DNA from: Kudoa neothunni
Lineage: Eukaryota > Animalia > Cnidaria
Assembly: GCA_964304625.1 (NCBI GenBank)
Contig: OZ199839.1
Coordinates: forward strand, 7,072,234-7,136,233
Reading direction: 5' to 3'
Length of the DNA: 64,000 nucleotides
This document shows positions 1 to 12,758 of this stretch, in pieces (position 1 is the stretch's first letter; each line of letters opens with the position of its first letter). The notes beneath the pieces were generated by a model, which searched no databases, was not told the origin of the DNA, and saw nothing but the letters and a program-made list of their open reading frames with translations. The position numbers and the translations under genes are program-made.

Positions 1-332
1 ATACCCCCCGGACCAAAAAATAACATTTTAGATAACGCTTTAACGGGATTTAAATAATTCGGAATGAAAAAAATACAACGCTGACCTTAGCTTATTTAGC
101 GTTGATGTCGAGTCACGAAATTTTTAAATGAACGCTTGGATTGATACTTTCCTTCACAGAAATTATCATAATTTAAATTGCATAATCCAAATTGTTATAA
201 TAAGTTGCTTAAAATTTGTTTGTTATTTTGTTTCTATGGGTTAATTTGAAATTTCATTAAATTTTTTGAATGCTATTTAAAAACGCCTCTAGGCGAAATC
301 TTCCCCAACCAACGCTGGGCAGTTCGCGCTAG
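1..332 (+). mobile_element. 3' end of a non-autonomous Helitron-like element (5' part outside window)
   Basis: Ends in a GC-rich imperfect hairpin (CCCCAACCAACGCTGGGC) followed by CTAG|T at 329-333. Bases ~10-330 align by eye with 41415-41690 joined to 43780-43832. Confidence 0.7.
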
Positions 333-589
333 TTAGTCTATAAATTGGTAAAAATTATAATTGCTAATATGAGATCGAGTAAATTTGCTGATGCATGTTG
401 AAGGAGATGAGTGTGTTGGGATTGCCCTGATGTAATTTTAAACCACGAAAATTTAAATGATAATTAGAGATTTTTTAACATGTGCGACAAAAATGATCTA
501 TCTAATAATAACTGTGTGTTGCATTTAAAAAGTATTAAATTTTAGGAATGTCTACGAATATAAATGATAAGATCGAGTTTTCCTAAAGT

Positions 590-2099
590 TTATTGGGGTT
601 CTTGGGGATTAGCTTGTGAGGTATCTTTTTTTTCTTCTTCTACTACTACTTCAGCAGGCGTATCAACTGTGGTGGAAGAAGAGGTTTCTGTATCTGTAGA
701 GGTGGTACTCTCTTCGCTTGAAGAGGTTGATTCAGGAGCACTTTCAACCTCAATTCTGCCAAAATAATGATCACTAAATGAGCAAAAATATTCAAAATTA
801 CTTGGGAGCCTTTTCTAACGGTGTATTTTCTCCAGAGCATACGGCCAAACACTTTTCGTTAGATTCAAAATTATTGTTGTTTCCACCAATTCCTCTGTAC
901 AAGAATTGTCGGCAGGTTTTAGTTTGGCTCTCAAAGAAGTATCTCACTAAACGAAGATTTCCATGACCTTGATGCTGTTTTAGTTTGCATAAATCTCTAA
1001 CTGGGATGTAAGCGCGTTGCATATTACCGTTTGATTCTCTCGCTAAGTTAATCGTCTAAAAAATTATATTTTAAGATAATTGTATTTACCTGTTGGGCAT
1101 GATCCAGCACATTCGTCATATGATTCAAAAACGTTCATATCTTCAACAACTGGGCAATCTTGTGTCAAAAATTGATGACATGTTTTGTATAAGGCGTTGT
1201 AAAAATATTTAGTGGTTACTGACTTTCCACAAGTTGGTTGAGCTATTTTACTCGCACATTTTGGATTGACAGTTGCTGGATCATCTTTTGAAAATTATAT
1301 CGCTTATTAACCACAAAAAAAATTTACTGAAACATGTGTCGACGCAATGTTTCAAGGAGTCGAACACACCCCTTGTTTGATCTTCATCGACAACTACCTG
1401 CTTGCATATACGCTTGAATGTGTCGGCAAATATTTTGATTTGTTGAGTTTTGGTTGAGGTTATCTTTGGTAGAGAACCGCAATCAGAACGGTTTGGTCTA
1501 GTTTTTCCATTCACTACAAAAATTATTAGTCAAACAATAATATAAATTACATCCTCCAGCCTCTTCACATTGCCTTCTAGTATCAAAAATATTATTTCCT
1601 GCCCCGCAACCTTTATATTCGAATTCTTCACACGAATAAGTAGTTCCAGTTCCTGTTTTTTTAAAGTAATATTTCCTGACTGCTGGACCGGTGCATTTAG
1701 ACGTCGGATCAGCGGTTGGAGAAGTATTGCCATTAGCTTTAACTTGGGTCACTTCATTTAAGATTTCATCGGGAGTTTTTCGCTCTACAATGTATGTGAA
1801 AAATAGCAAGCATTATAGTGATACTATGATTTTTGCATTCTTCCATTGATTTAAAGTTATTGAAATCCATTCCCTTTCCACTGTAACTAAATTTTTGACA
1901 TTCTCCAGTGGTTTTAATAATTCTGTATCTTTCTACTGCCAAAAAACCGGCTATTAAAAGTGTATTTTCGCCTATTTTATCATCATATGTTTCAAGGTCC
2001 TTTTCTATGGAATATAACACATAACTTTCAAGAAAACAAAGTACCGAGAGAACATATGGAAAAAAACAAAGCATAAGTTGTCAAATATATGATATTCAT
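590..2099 (-). CDS. Secreted five-Kunitz-domain protein, subtype A copy A1 (7 exons, ~420 aa, acidic S/T-rich tail)
   Basis: Signal-peptide exon MNIIYLTTYALFFSICSL, then five Kunitz-like exons separated by phase-1 GT-AG introns of ~40 nt (e.g. RYFFESQTKTCRQFLYRGIGGNNNNFESNEKCLAVC). A phase-2 intron precedes the tail IEVESAPESTSSSEES...QEPQ*. The spliced frame is open throughout. Confidence 0.9.
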
Positions 2100-2586
2100 T
2101 TTAGAGTTAAAATGGTGTCTATCTTAAGGCTATTTATAAAAATATTAATAGAGACAATTGAGTTTATATCTTGTAATAAATAGTTCGGAAATCGACTTTA
2201 TTTAATACAAATTCATTTTAAGTCTTGGTCGTTAAGCTCGTGCCCTATTGAATTAATGCAGGGGAATGTATAGAGTCAAATCTAATTAAAGAAATAAAAA
2301 TTAATAAAATAATGAAAAACAATTTGCCGTCTTATGATGAATAAACATCTAGCTGTGCCCCATTTTTCACACCAAAATAAATGTTTGATTACACAGGAAT
2401 TTATTGTTTTAAATAAAAGTATTCGAAGTAAAAGAGACAACTTAGTTAACCAAAAATGATAAAAAAATAAATCGGCAAATATAACATGAAATTATGTTAT
2501 ATGTGAATTTCATCAAAATATGTTCTATTACGAAATAACATTATTATAAGGTTCCTTCAGAGGTTTTTCATAAAACTTAACCAGTT

Positions 2587-4137
2587 TTAGTATTTTTTTT
2601 CCGAACTTTCATCATCTTCTAAGTCTTTTTTTTCAGTTTCATCAGCTACTGCAGGTGTTTCAGTTGAGATGGTGGATGTAGTAGAGGAAGTCTCAGTTGA
2701 GGAGACGTCGGTGCTGGTAGTTTCAGTAGCAGCCGTAGACGTGGAATCGACAGAGTCGTCAACGGGTGGATCTCTCACACTATCAATAATGTTATATTGA
2801 GAATAAATATGATCAGATACGATGGAGGTTTCGAGATTTCAGCACTCTCGCCAGAGCATACACCCATGCATTCATCCCTGGTTATGAATCTATTGTCATT
2901 CCCTCCAATTCCGCGGTATATAAACGGCATACACGATTTTGTATGGCGATCAAAATAATATCTGGCTAAAAATAAGTGCCCAACACCTTCGCTTCTTCCA
3001 AGCCTGCAAATGTCATCAGCCTTTTTGTACTTAATACCATCTACCTCATCTGAAGGCAAACCTAAAAATCATTGATTAATGAGGAGTATTACCTATAGAG
3101 AATAACCTGTATGGGTAGGGCATGAACCAACACAGTCGTCTAATGCTTCAAACGTATTTGCATTGTCTGGATGCTTACAATCTTCCGTTTCATAAACCTC
3201 ACAGACCTTGGATGATTTTTTGTAAAAATATCTTTGGACAATCTTTCTGTCACATTTCATTTGTGAAATCCCTGAGTTACATTTAGGGTTTATGTCAGCA
3301 GGAGCACCTTAATCATTACCAATTATTTTCATAATGTTACATCCGTATATTACTTAGACATATTTTTGTACATTGTTGCACTGAATCAAATACTCCTATT
3401 GTTTCCCCCTCATTTACCACGGCATGTACACATTTATGGGCTGTCATGTCAGCAACAACCATGATCATTTTATGTGAATTAACTTCTAACTCTGGGTGAA
3501 TACCGCAATGAAAACGATTTTTTTCACCATCAACAACGGCTATTGATGAATTTACTAAAATTCAAAGTAATTCCGTAAGCTACCAGCTTTTGCTTGGTTG
3601 CATTCATATTCAGAATTGAAAAAATTCTGTCCACCTCCACATCCTTTGTACTCAAACTTTTCGCAGGTATATGTAAAGGATCCTGTACTACCAGCCTTTT
3701 TAAGGTAGTACTTATCTACGGCTACTCCTGTACATGTTGATGTAGGGGTACTAGTAGGATTCGTATTTGTATTAGCTACAACAGTTTTAACTTCCTTATA
3801 CACTTCATCTTTCGTCTTTTTCTCTTAAGGATATATAATCATAAAGAATCATTAACAATTTTACTGTGATTTTCACAATCTTCTAATGATTTAAAGTTGT
3901 TGAAATTCATTCCTTTTCCTTTGTAGTCAAATTCTGTACATTCTCCACCAGCGAGCTTTATCCTGTATCTTTTCACTATGGATGTGTTACTCAATTCTGT
4001 ATTTTTTTCGGTTAGATCATCATATGACTCAAGATCCGTTTCTATGAATGTTGAGTAATCTCCTTTAACAAAAAATAATTACCAAATGAGAGAGCTGTGA
4101 AAAGCATAGCATAAGTCGTCCAATATAAGACATTCAT
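2587..4137 (-). CDS. Secreted five-Kunitz-domain protein, subtype B copy B1
   Basis: Starts MNVLYWTTYAMLFTALSF; same 7-exon layout as A1; domain 5 ICRLGRSEGVGHLFLARYYFDRHTKSCMPFIYRGIGGNDNRFITRDECMGVC; tail RDPPVDDSVDSTST...SSEKKY*. Confidence 0.9.
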
Positions 4138-4579
4138 TGTAATGTAAAAATATTATCTATCTTAAGATTATGTATAAAAATGTAAATAATTTAAATTGAT
4201 CCGATGTATTCTAATAAATAAATAAATAAATCGGAAGACGACTATGTTGAATAACGAAGCGATTGAGTAGTTTCGTCACTATATTCATAATCTACTGAAC
4301 TCATACCGAGGACTATAGATTTATTCTTGGGATTAAATCTCAACAATGATATAAAGATTAATAAACTAAATATCAATCAGAATGTAATGTTTTAGTCTTG
4401 TAACACATTGACCTAACATATTAATTTCTACATTGGGACAAAAGTGATATAAGAACACTCAAGGCAGGGGTCGACAACTGATATGACCGGGAGATCCAGT
4501 TATTGATGATAGCAATAATGATTCTACTTCCAGAGTCAACACATTAAATATAGGCTTGAAAATCAAAATATTTATCTGT

Positions 4580-5175
4580 TAAATTATAAGAACATATAAC
4601 CCAGATAAATCTCGGGAAATTATCTAACTAGTAGTCCATCCATGTGTTTTTCTATAACTAATTAATTTATTATTAAATTATTGGTGCTTTTAATACAGGA
4701 GAAAATTATTAGAATTAATATACAAAAGTAAATTTAATTGATTTTTTCTATTAATAATATAATTTCTTTTTAAATAATTTCTATTGGTTCAAATTAAAAA
4801 TTGTACCTTCAATCTCTTTACAGTCAATGTACGATAAAAATGTATTTTCATGAAATTCCACGCCAATAAAAGGAGGGATAAAATACAATCTTTTAAAATT
4901 GAAATAATAACTTACTTTATGTGTATTTTTATAAATTTAATTGTTTCTGGAAAATTTTATATGAGGTTTTCTACGCAATAAAACTAGGAATGTTCAATAT
5001 TGCGACAATATTATTTTCAATGGATAAAATTTAACAATGTGTATATAACTATTTTTTTATATGAAAAGACTTACTAAGAAAAATTTGTTAACAGGAAAAA
5101 ATATCGACACATCCATAGGTCTGGTTCAAGATTTAAAAATTTTTTGCATATAAATAAGATGTGTTTTGTATAATA
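4580..5175. repeat. Dispersed ~600-bp repeat, probably a non-autonomous DNA transposon; second copy at ~16545-17150
   Basis: Collinear, diverged similarity by eye to 16545-17150. A hAT-like terminus CAGGGGTCGACAAC lies just upstream at ~4465. Confidence 0.6.
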
Positions 5176-5296
5176 TTCGAAAAATTTAATTTTAAGGAGT
5201 TTCAGTTTGATATGGACTTTTTAATGGCACGGCGAGAACTCACCTGAGCTAAAGCGAATACGCGCATTTATTGATTAAATCGATTGTTGAGTTAAT

Positions 5297-6694
5297 ATGA
5301 GTAACGAGTTTCCTTCGAATTTAAATTATAAGATTTTTGAAACTCAAAGAAACAATATTAAAATTCTGTTTGAAAGTTATTTTTATGTTAAGGATTACGC
5401 TACAATGACTTGTCGATATTGGTGATGTGAAAAGAGGGCTTGTAAGGGCAGGCATACAACTACTCCATCAGATAACATTTCGAATATTGAAAAACATGGT
5501 ATTCATAACCATATTGTAAGCGATGATTACATTAATAGGGTCGAATTTGTTGACAAAATAAAATCATTATCGCAATCTACACAGTATTCCACAAGGAAAG
5601 TTATCTCAATTGCAACTACCACAGCGAATATTCATGATTTACCCCTTGTTCCCAAGAAAACGGTTTATAAAAATATTCGACAACAAAGAAAGAGGAAAAA
5701 TATTTTAATTAATACATATATTGATCTATCCAAATCAGGAATTAAAACTCATAGGGACGAAGAGTTCTGTTTATACGACTCTGGTTCGCAGTCTAAGTCT
5801 AGGATGATTATATTTACGACTAAAACTAATATAATGCATTTTTATAATTCGTTAGTTTGGATTTCAGATGGGACGTTTAACGTAGTACCAAAACAATTTT
5901 ACCAACTTTATATAATGTAGGGGAAAATTTTTGGTAAAGCGTTTCCATTAATTTATATTTTGATGTTGAATAAAACCCAAATTGATTATGATAAAGTTCT
6001 TAATATTCTAACTGAAGAAATGAATGTCAAGTCCCCTGATAACATTATTTTAGACATGGAATTAGCTGCTATGAATTCTTTTAAAATAACATCAAAATTA
6101 TCTAACATATATTTGTTTATTTCATTTAGAACAATGCTTGTAGCGAAAGATTCAAAAATTAGAGCTTACAGATATATATATATATATACTAATAATCCAA
6201 ACATTAACCTATTACTTAAATGTTTTTCATTCTTATCATTTGTCCCTGTTGCGAAGGTCGTTGAAGAATTAGAAAAATTGAAGACAAAAACGTTAACCTA
6301 TGAAAACGAGAAACTAAATGAATTCGTAAATTATTTCGAAGAGAATTTTATTATTTCGTCAAAATATCCCATTCAATATTGGAACGCATACGAAAGAGTG
6401 AAATACAATATCGACATGACTACTAATGCTGTGGAACTGTTTCACCTACATTCTCAAAATAGATTTGAATAATCTCACTGAGGCCTAGATACGTTTATTG
6501 AAAAACTCAAAGCAACTCAAATCTTAGTAGAACAAGATATCAAATATGTCTTATGTAATCCAATTGTAAGTAAAAAATCAAAATATCAACGCAAAATGGA
6601 AAAAATCCGTAATATTTGTGAAAATTATTATGGTTACATTTCAACATTTTTTGTGGAATCTATTACAAAAACTTATAATTGGAAATATAATTAA
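5297..6694 (+). mobile_element. Degenerate MULE (Mutator-like) transposase with FLYWCH domain
   Basis: FLYWCH-like YW*CEKRACKGR...HNH; MULE core ISDGTFNVVPKQFYQLY, IILDMELAAMN and FVNYFEENF...WN...TTNAVELFH; internal stops and frameshifts. Confidence 0.85.
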
Positions 6695-8989
6695 ATCTGG
6701 TTATTTTTTTTGAAAAATAAATAATGGAATTTTTTTTATTTTCGCGCACGCGCTGGCAAGTTGTCTTGGCGCGATTCTAGCATATTGAGTTTTAAATCTG
6801 AATTGCTCAATTTTGATTAGAATTAAAACAGTTTTATAGAGGGAGAGTAGTAAAAATTGTTTTGGCATTACGAAATAAATTGGATGTATTTTTGTCAGAT
6901 CATAGTCATCGCAATACTGTTAGTTTTAACAATTTTGAAATTATATTTTCTCTGCGCATACATCGCTGATAATTCTGATGCCGTAAATTGTTCGTAAAAA
7001 AGATATAAAAGATGGAGTGAACGTTTTTAGAATAAAAGAGTACGACAACAGTTCCTAAAAAAATTTCTATTTTATGTTAGACGAATATCGATGAAAAATT
7101 ATTTGGAATTCTCATTTTGGTGAGGAATTAGCAATGCTTATGATGGCACTAACTGTGTCAACCTTCAAACAGGTGATATTGAAAGAAGCATTTTTAACAC
7201 AGACAGAAGTTTTAAATTAAATCAATGACTGTTTACACTTTAGAAACCACTTCTCTAATTATTCGAAACAACACTCTATCTGATTAATTCAAGTTAAGAT
7301 GTTTACAATAAATACCTCGAGAAAATCATCGATCTCTACCAAAACTTTATTAGTAGTCGAGTTCTCTAATGTTATTTCGTTAACTAATGTTTCTTAAAAT
7401 CGAGCCATTACCTTTAATTAAAATATTTTTTAAAACTTATTTATTCCAATCTTCCTATATAATTTTTCTAAAAAATTTCGTTCACTCTGAGTAACATAAA
7501 GACACGCCATAAACTCTTCTATAATGAAAGTATGAATATAGAGATTGCCAAGGATATATCGACGCAACTGGGAATTAAACTCTACAAATAAAGGACAAAT
7601 AGGCCAACTATCGAAATTATATTGTTTTTTCTTGTTAAAATATTATAAAATCATTAAAGTCACAATTAATTACATTATAGAAATTATTTACAAATATGTT
7701 ATTTTATTTTTTAGTTTTATAAGAAAACTTTTAGAGCCACCAAGATTTAACGAATTCAATTATAAAACAAGTAAGCTTAAATGCTTTCGAAAATGTTAAC
7801 AAACGTTCACATTAATTGATACTGTAGCACAGGGTTAATACGTAGCATGGTTATTGTGCACTTTTAGAAATAATGCCAAAAATTCAAAATATACGAATTA
7901 ACTATAGATATAAATCGTGAGATAAGAGTAAAATACTTTGATAAATATAATTATAGAATTAAGAGATAATTTTTTCGTTGGGAAAAATAGGAGTGCATGC
8001 TTATTGTGCATTTCATGGTTAATACGCACCTGAAATCTATCCTTTGATTACATTGGCGTGGTTAGTACGCAGTAGGAAAATAGGAAAAATTAACGTTTAT
8101 TAGAAGAAAACGTGTAGATTATTAAATAATCGGAAAAATTAGGAACTAAGAGTGGCTCTAAAGCGAACATCATTAAGCGTTCCGGCCTTAAATCAGTCAC
8201 CGCATTGAAAACAATTGTGTCACTAGAATTAAAAATATTTGCAGACTTTATTTCAGATGATTTAAGATTTTATCAAAAAATTCAGAAAAAAAAATAAAAC
8301 TACTCGATATAAGAGTTAAAGAATAGATTGAACTTCCGAGAACGAGAAATATAAAACTGTCCAGCCAGTACAATATAATAGAAAAATAAATTAGCCAATG
8401 GCATAAAGGATGATACGGAAGATAGCACCCCTATAACTGTCTGTCGAGGACAGTTCTATGAGTTCGCTTCGAGAGTTGGTCAAAAAATGAACAGATTAAA
8501 TAGAAAATCTAAAAGAAATAAAGAAATTATTCAAGGTCTGTGCTGTGTCACCGAAATGTTGTATCACACCACAAATTAAAATTTTTCCTTTTGTAAAAGA
8601 AAATGAGTTTCGTTCAAAATAAGAGAAATAACAAATTTCTTGTTGAAAAAATAATTCGATCTTAAACTATCTTATTAATTTCCAAAATACTCTGTGAACA
8701 ATAAAAAAATTATTACGAAAATTTTTCACATCTATCGATAAGAATTATTATTAGTGCAACGAGAGAATAAATAAAAAAAGCAGGTAAGTGGTCGCGTTTC
8801 CACTACCTAATTTCCCAGTCGCGCGCACGCGCACGGCATGGATGCAAATGAAAAACACGGCGGGGCGCTTTTTTCGAAGTTAATGCGTGCGCAACATTAC
8901 AGGGGGATAAATGCTATAAATCAACTATAATGATAAATTATTTTGAAAGAGATTGCTCAGTTATAGTGATATTTTTAAGTTTACTGACA

Positions 8990-9536
8990 ATTGTATTGTG
9001 TACATCTCGTTCGGTATCCGTTTGATGTTTATAATTATTTGAACCTTGATATTTCATATAATGTCTTAAATCAGACAAATGAGGGAGGCAATTTAGGACG
9101 GAATAATTTTTCGTTCTCTATAGCCATATTTACGAAACTTGTCATCTTTGTGACAGTTACCATCACTTATAAAATCACTAATATTGGCATCGTTTTCAAT
9201 ATTGTTTCTAACCCATACCTTCGCTAATTTTTGAAAAACTTGATTACTTCATATTTCTCTTTTAATATCCTAACTCAATTTTCATTTCGGCCCTCCATTT
9301 CGCCACAAATCGAAAACGAAAATCTCAACGCACCTGAAAAGTTACGAACCACACGTCACTACGAAATAATCCATAGAAAACCTAATTAATTAATTAATTT
9401 AAAAATATTTTATTTATATTCTTGATGATCAAATATAAATTTTTAAATAGCTTGAGAAATAAATAACTTATTATAATCTTATACGTACGTTAATTTTGTA
9501 ACATTTTCTCAAATTACGAACTACACGTCCCCATTG
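8990..9536 (-). mobile_element. Decayed 5' end of a pogo-like element; its terminus recurs at 34428-34596
   Basis: 9390-9538 matches 34425-34598, including repeated TTACGAAC(C/T)ACACGTC units and the CCATTG|TA end. The minus strand has a stop-ridden HTH-like start (MEGRNEN*VRILKEKYEVIKF). Confidence 0.5.
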
Positions 9537-9821
9537 TATAACTAGTGCAGGGTTATTACTCACTCGAATCTTTGTCCCAACTAGGTTCGTAGTATTCCTG
9601 CACAGCTGTAAATCCTTATTTGCGAGAATTATGATAAAAATATTAATTATAAATTTATCAGGAAGAACTAATTTAAAAAATTAAAATATGCAACTTTAAA
9701 TAATATGAATATATTTAAAACTGTATTTATTGATGTATCAAATCCTATTATTAAAGTCATATGAATGATACTAATTGAATAAAAATATATAGTATAATCT
9801 GATTTACTCTCTGTACATAAA

Positions 9822-12758
9822 ATGAAAATTACATTAGTCTCAGTTAGTTTTTTAATTGTATCTTCATGTAATTTATTTATGTTAATTATTTTATTAAATT
9901 TCTGTAGTTATTAATATAAATGCTACCGTTGAAAAGACACCAACAGCCCGAGCTCCTACAAAAATACTATCCTACAAGATTGTAGAGGGTCAAGTTCAAT
10001 TGGTTTTGACTGGGCCAGATTATGAGGTAGTTTCGAAGAAATGTCTCATAAGAAAGGAGAACGATAATGGAAATGGATTTGTTCACATAAGTGGTTGTGT
10101 AAGTAACGTCGATGGTGGAACAAACAGATGCGTACGTGTTTGTGCAGGAAATGACAACAAATTACCTTTCAATGTGCTTTCACCTAGAACAAAATTTATC
10201 TATGTGTATTCTGGAGCACAAGATTCAGTTATTAATGAAAAAGTTACTGGTGGAGAGGTTTTTGGACTTGCCATTCGTAATTTAAATAAGCTTATTTATT
10301 TTCTTTAATTAAAATTAGCGCTATTGGCCAATCCAAAAATCACAATATCTATCGACAGTGAATCGAAGAAATTAAAGCTAACAGCCAAGACATGTAAAAA
10401 TTCTGCCTGTCCCATTTTTTACAAAGGTATCCAATATGCGACAGATACAGGAGAGGGAACCTGTGATGCTGAGAAAACTCCCAGTCAAGTTGATTTTGAT
10501 CTTATGATTCCACATTATGAGATGAAATGCACGAATTATCCAAGCTTCTTTTATCATATGCCAAATTCGTACATGAAAGCAAATATTGACATATACAAAC
10601 CCCAATACTACGTCATTCACAAGAATGTCGACCAAAATAAAAATTATCTCATAAAATTTACCAACTCATTTCCTAACGAAATATGTCTATTCAGCATTAA
10701 GGATGTTTCGAGTACTGCCACAAGGGCCACCAACAATTACGCATCAGTGTGTGGTGGAGGCACTGATAAAAAATGTTATGCGCCTTGTGATACCGTCGAG
10801 TTAACATTTGATTCGTCAAAGCCGATCGTCGAAATATTAATTCAGACTAGACATCATAATTTGGATACAAGCAAAGAAAGCATTGAGGGTTATAAAGATA
10901 AAAAATATGGTATGATTTTTATTAAGAAGCCGTAGATATTGATTTGTTAAAGCTATCGAAGAGTCTGAAGCTGCGAATAAACTTTTTAGTGAGCAAACAG
11001 ATGTAGGGATTACTCTTAGCCCTTCTCCATTCAACCTCGGCACCGGTTCAGACAAGTTTGGTACATGTGCTTTAAAGCATTTTCCTGCTGATAAAATCCG
11101 GAAAGACGAAGGAGAAATTCCAAATTGCCAAACTGATCAGGCTTGCGAACAGGATTGTTCAAAACCTTCTGTTATAAAGGGGCTGACTGCGGGGAAAGCA
11201 TACATAATTGAGACCTCACTCCGACACCCATAACTGATCACACAGGTTTTAAAGAATACCTTTTTTTCAGAACAAGTAAAAGGAATATTAATAGCACATA
11301 TTGAATTATTCATAGAAAAAAAGGATGAATCAAACTTCGTCGACATGGCCCCTACACCAACTGATGTGACTGCTACAATTAAAGCGGTCGCTGGTGAGGT
11401 GGGAACTGATAACACAGAACTTACTTGCTCCTATTACGTCAGTATACACGAAAAAAACACATTTGTGGAAGCACAATGTGAAGAAAGCGAACCTTGTAGA
11501 GGATTTTGTAAAGAAACTAAGAAGTTGATAAATTTGGACCCTAAAACAAACTACGATATTAAAGTTGTTTCACACAAAGACTATGGAATAAAAATATTTC
11601 AAAATATTTTAACTAGTAAATAAAATTTTAATATTAGCTCATAATAACTTTATTTTTAGCTTGGTCAAGCATGGCCCTCTCCAAAAAATTCCTAGATAAA
11701 GGGTTTCAAGTGGTTGGAACTTTGACATCAGTCTATCCACAAGCAATATGTCATTATAAAATTAGAGAAAAAAATGGAGAGACTCTACAAGATGTTTCAT
11801 TCCTGCCCAACAGTTGTCCCTCAAACGCCGTCGGTCCGCCCGCAAACTGAAAATATTGTTAATCCTCCTGCATCTCAAACTCCACAAACGAAACAATCTA
11901 CGCTGTTCAACATTTCAAATTTGCGTGAAATAAAAATTGCAAGAGCTGGTAATGTAGAGGAAAATAACACTACATCCAATCAACCCCCTACTACTCAATC
12001 TAAGTTTCCACCATGTAGCAAACCACCACTCTGCAGCAATATAGTAATTAGTGATGGTTATGAGGCTAATAAAGAATACCAAGTTCTGGTGACGGCTCTG
12101 GGTCGTTCAGAGGAAGTTACTATCAATATTCCCAAGAGTATCATAAAAAAATTAATTTAGAAATTTTCTAAATTGTCAAATAAATATAGATTCACTCCCT
12201 GAACTATCTCAGGATATAAACAAGCAAATAACGGTAGTTATAGAGAGAATAGGGGATACGTTAAAAATCACATCATTGCTTCCGAATGAAAAGGACGATA
12301 ATTCAGTATGTCGGTGGATACTAAGAGACGTCACTGATGTTTCCCAACGAATAGTGAAAAAATGCGATTCGAAAAGAAGTAATGGTTGCAAACTTCCAAC
12401 TTGCAAATCATTCATCATCGAAGACGTAAGTGATACCAATGATTATCATTTAACACTTATTCACTCCGGAGATCCCACCGTCAAAGGTATTGGAATAATA
12501 AAACGAGGTAATTAACAATTTATAATAATAAGTTTATAATAATTAATAATTTAGGAGAGACCTCTAATCAATCCAAGTAAAATGAATTTTATAATATTTA
12601 ATATAATATACTTTTAGGGCGAGCACCTCAATGTATTAAAGTTTGACTTGATATTTTGAAATAAGTTTTCATTTAGGATTGTTGGCATCATTGTTCCAGT
12701 CGCTATTGTTATTGTGGGAGTTGGATTCTATTTTGGTTATTGGAAGAGTAGAGGATAA
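9822..12758 (+). CDS. Orphan type I membrane protein with tandem Cys-containing FN3-like repeats (10 exons, ~850 aa; two single-base frame breaks)
   Basis: Signal peptide MKITLVSVSFLIVSSF. Phase-1 exons each carry C-x(15-22)-C-x(5-10)-C-x(3-5)-C followed by FN3-like strands (INLDPKTNYDIKVV, KGLTAGKAYIIET). Microexons of 22 and 15 nt; C-terminal TM helix IVGIIVPVAIVIVGVGFYFGYW then KSRG*. Frame breaks near 11230 and 11770-11800. Confidence 0.8.

Noticed and set aside
1044-1090. Premature stop in A1 exon 6 if the first AG is used
   Set aside because: Paralog A2 lacks that AG and uses the next one (AACTTAG|CGAGAG), which keeps A1 open.
7820-8910. Short repeats GGTTAATACG and GTTATTGTGCA, and a GCGCGCAC-rich patch
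   Set aside because: Probably transposon subterminal remnants, but I could not pair termini or find coding evidence.
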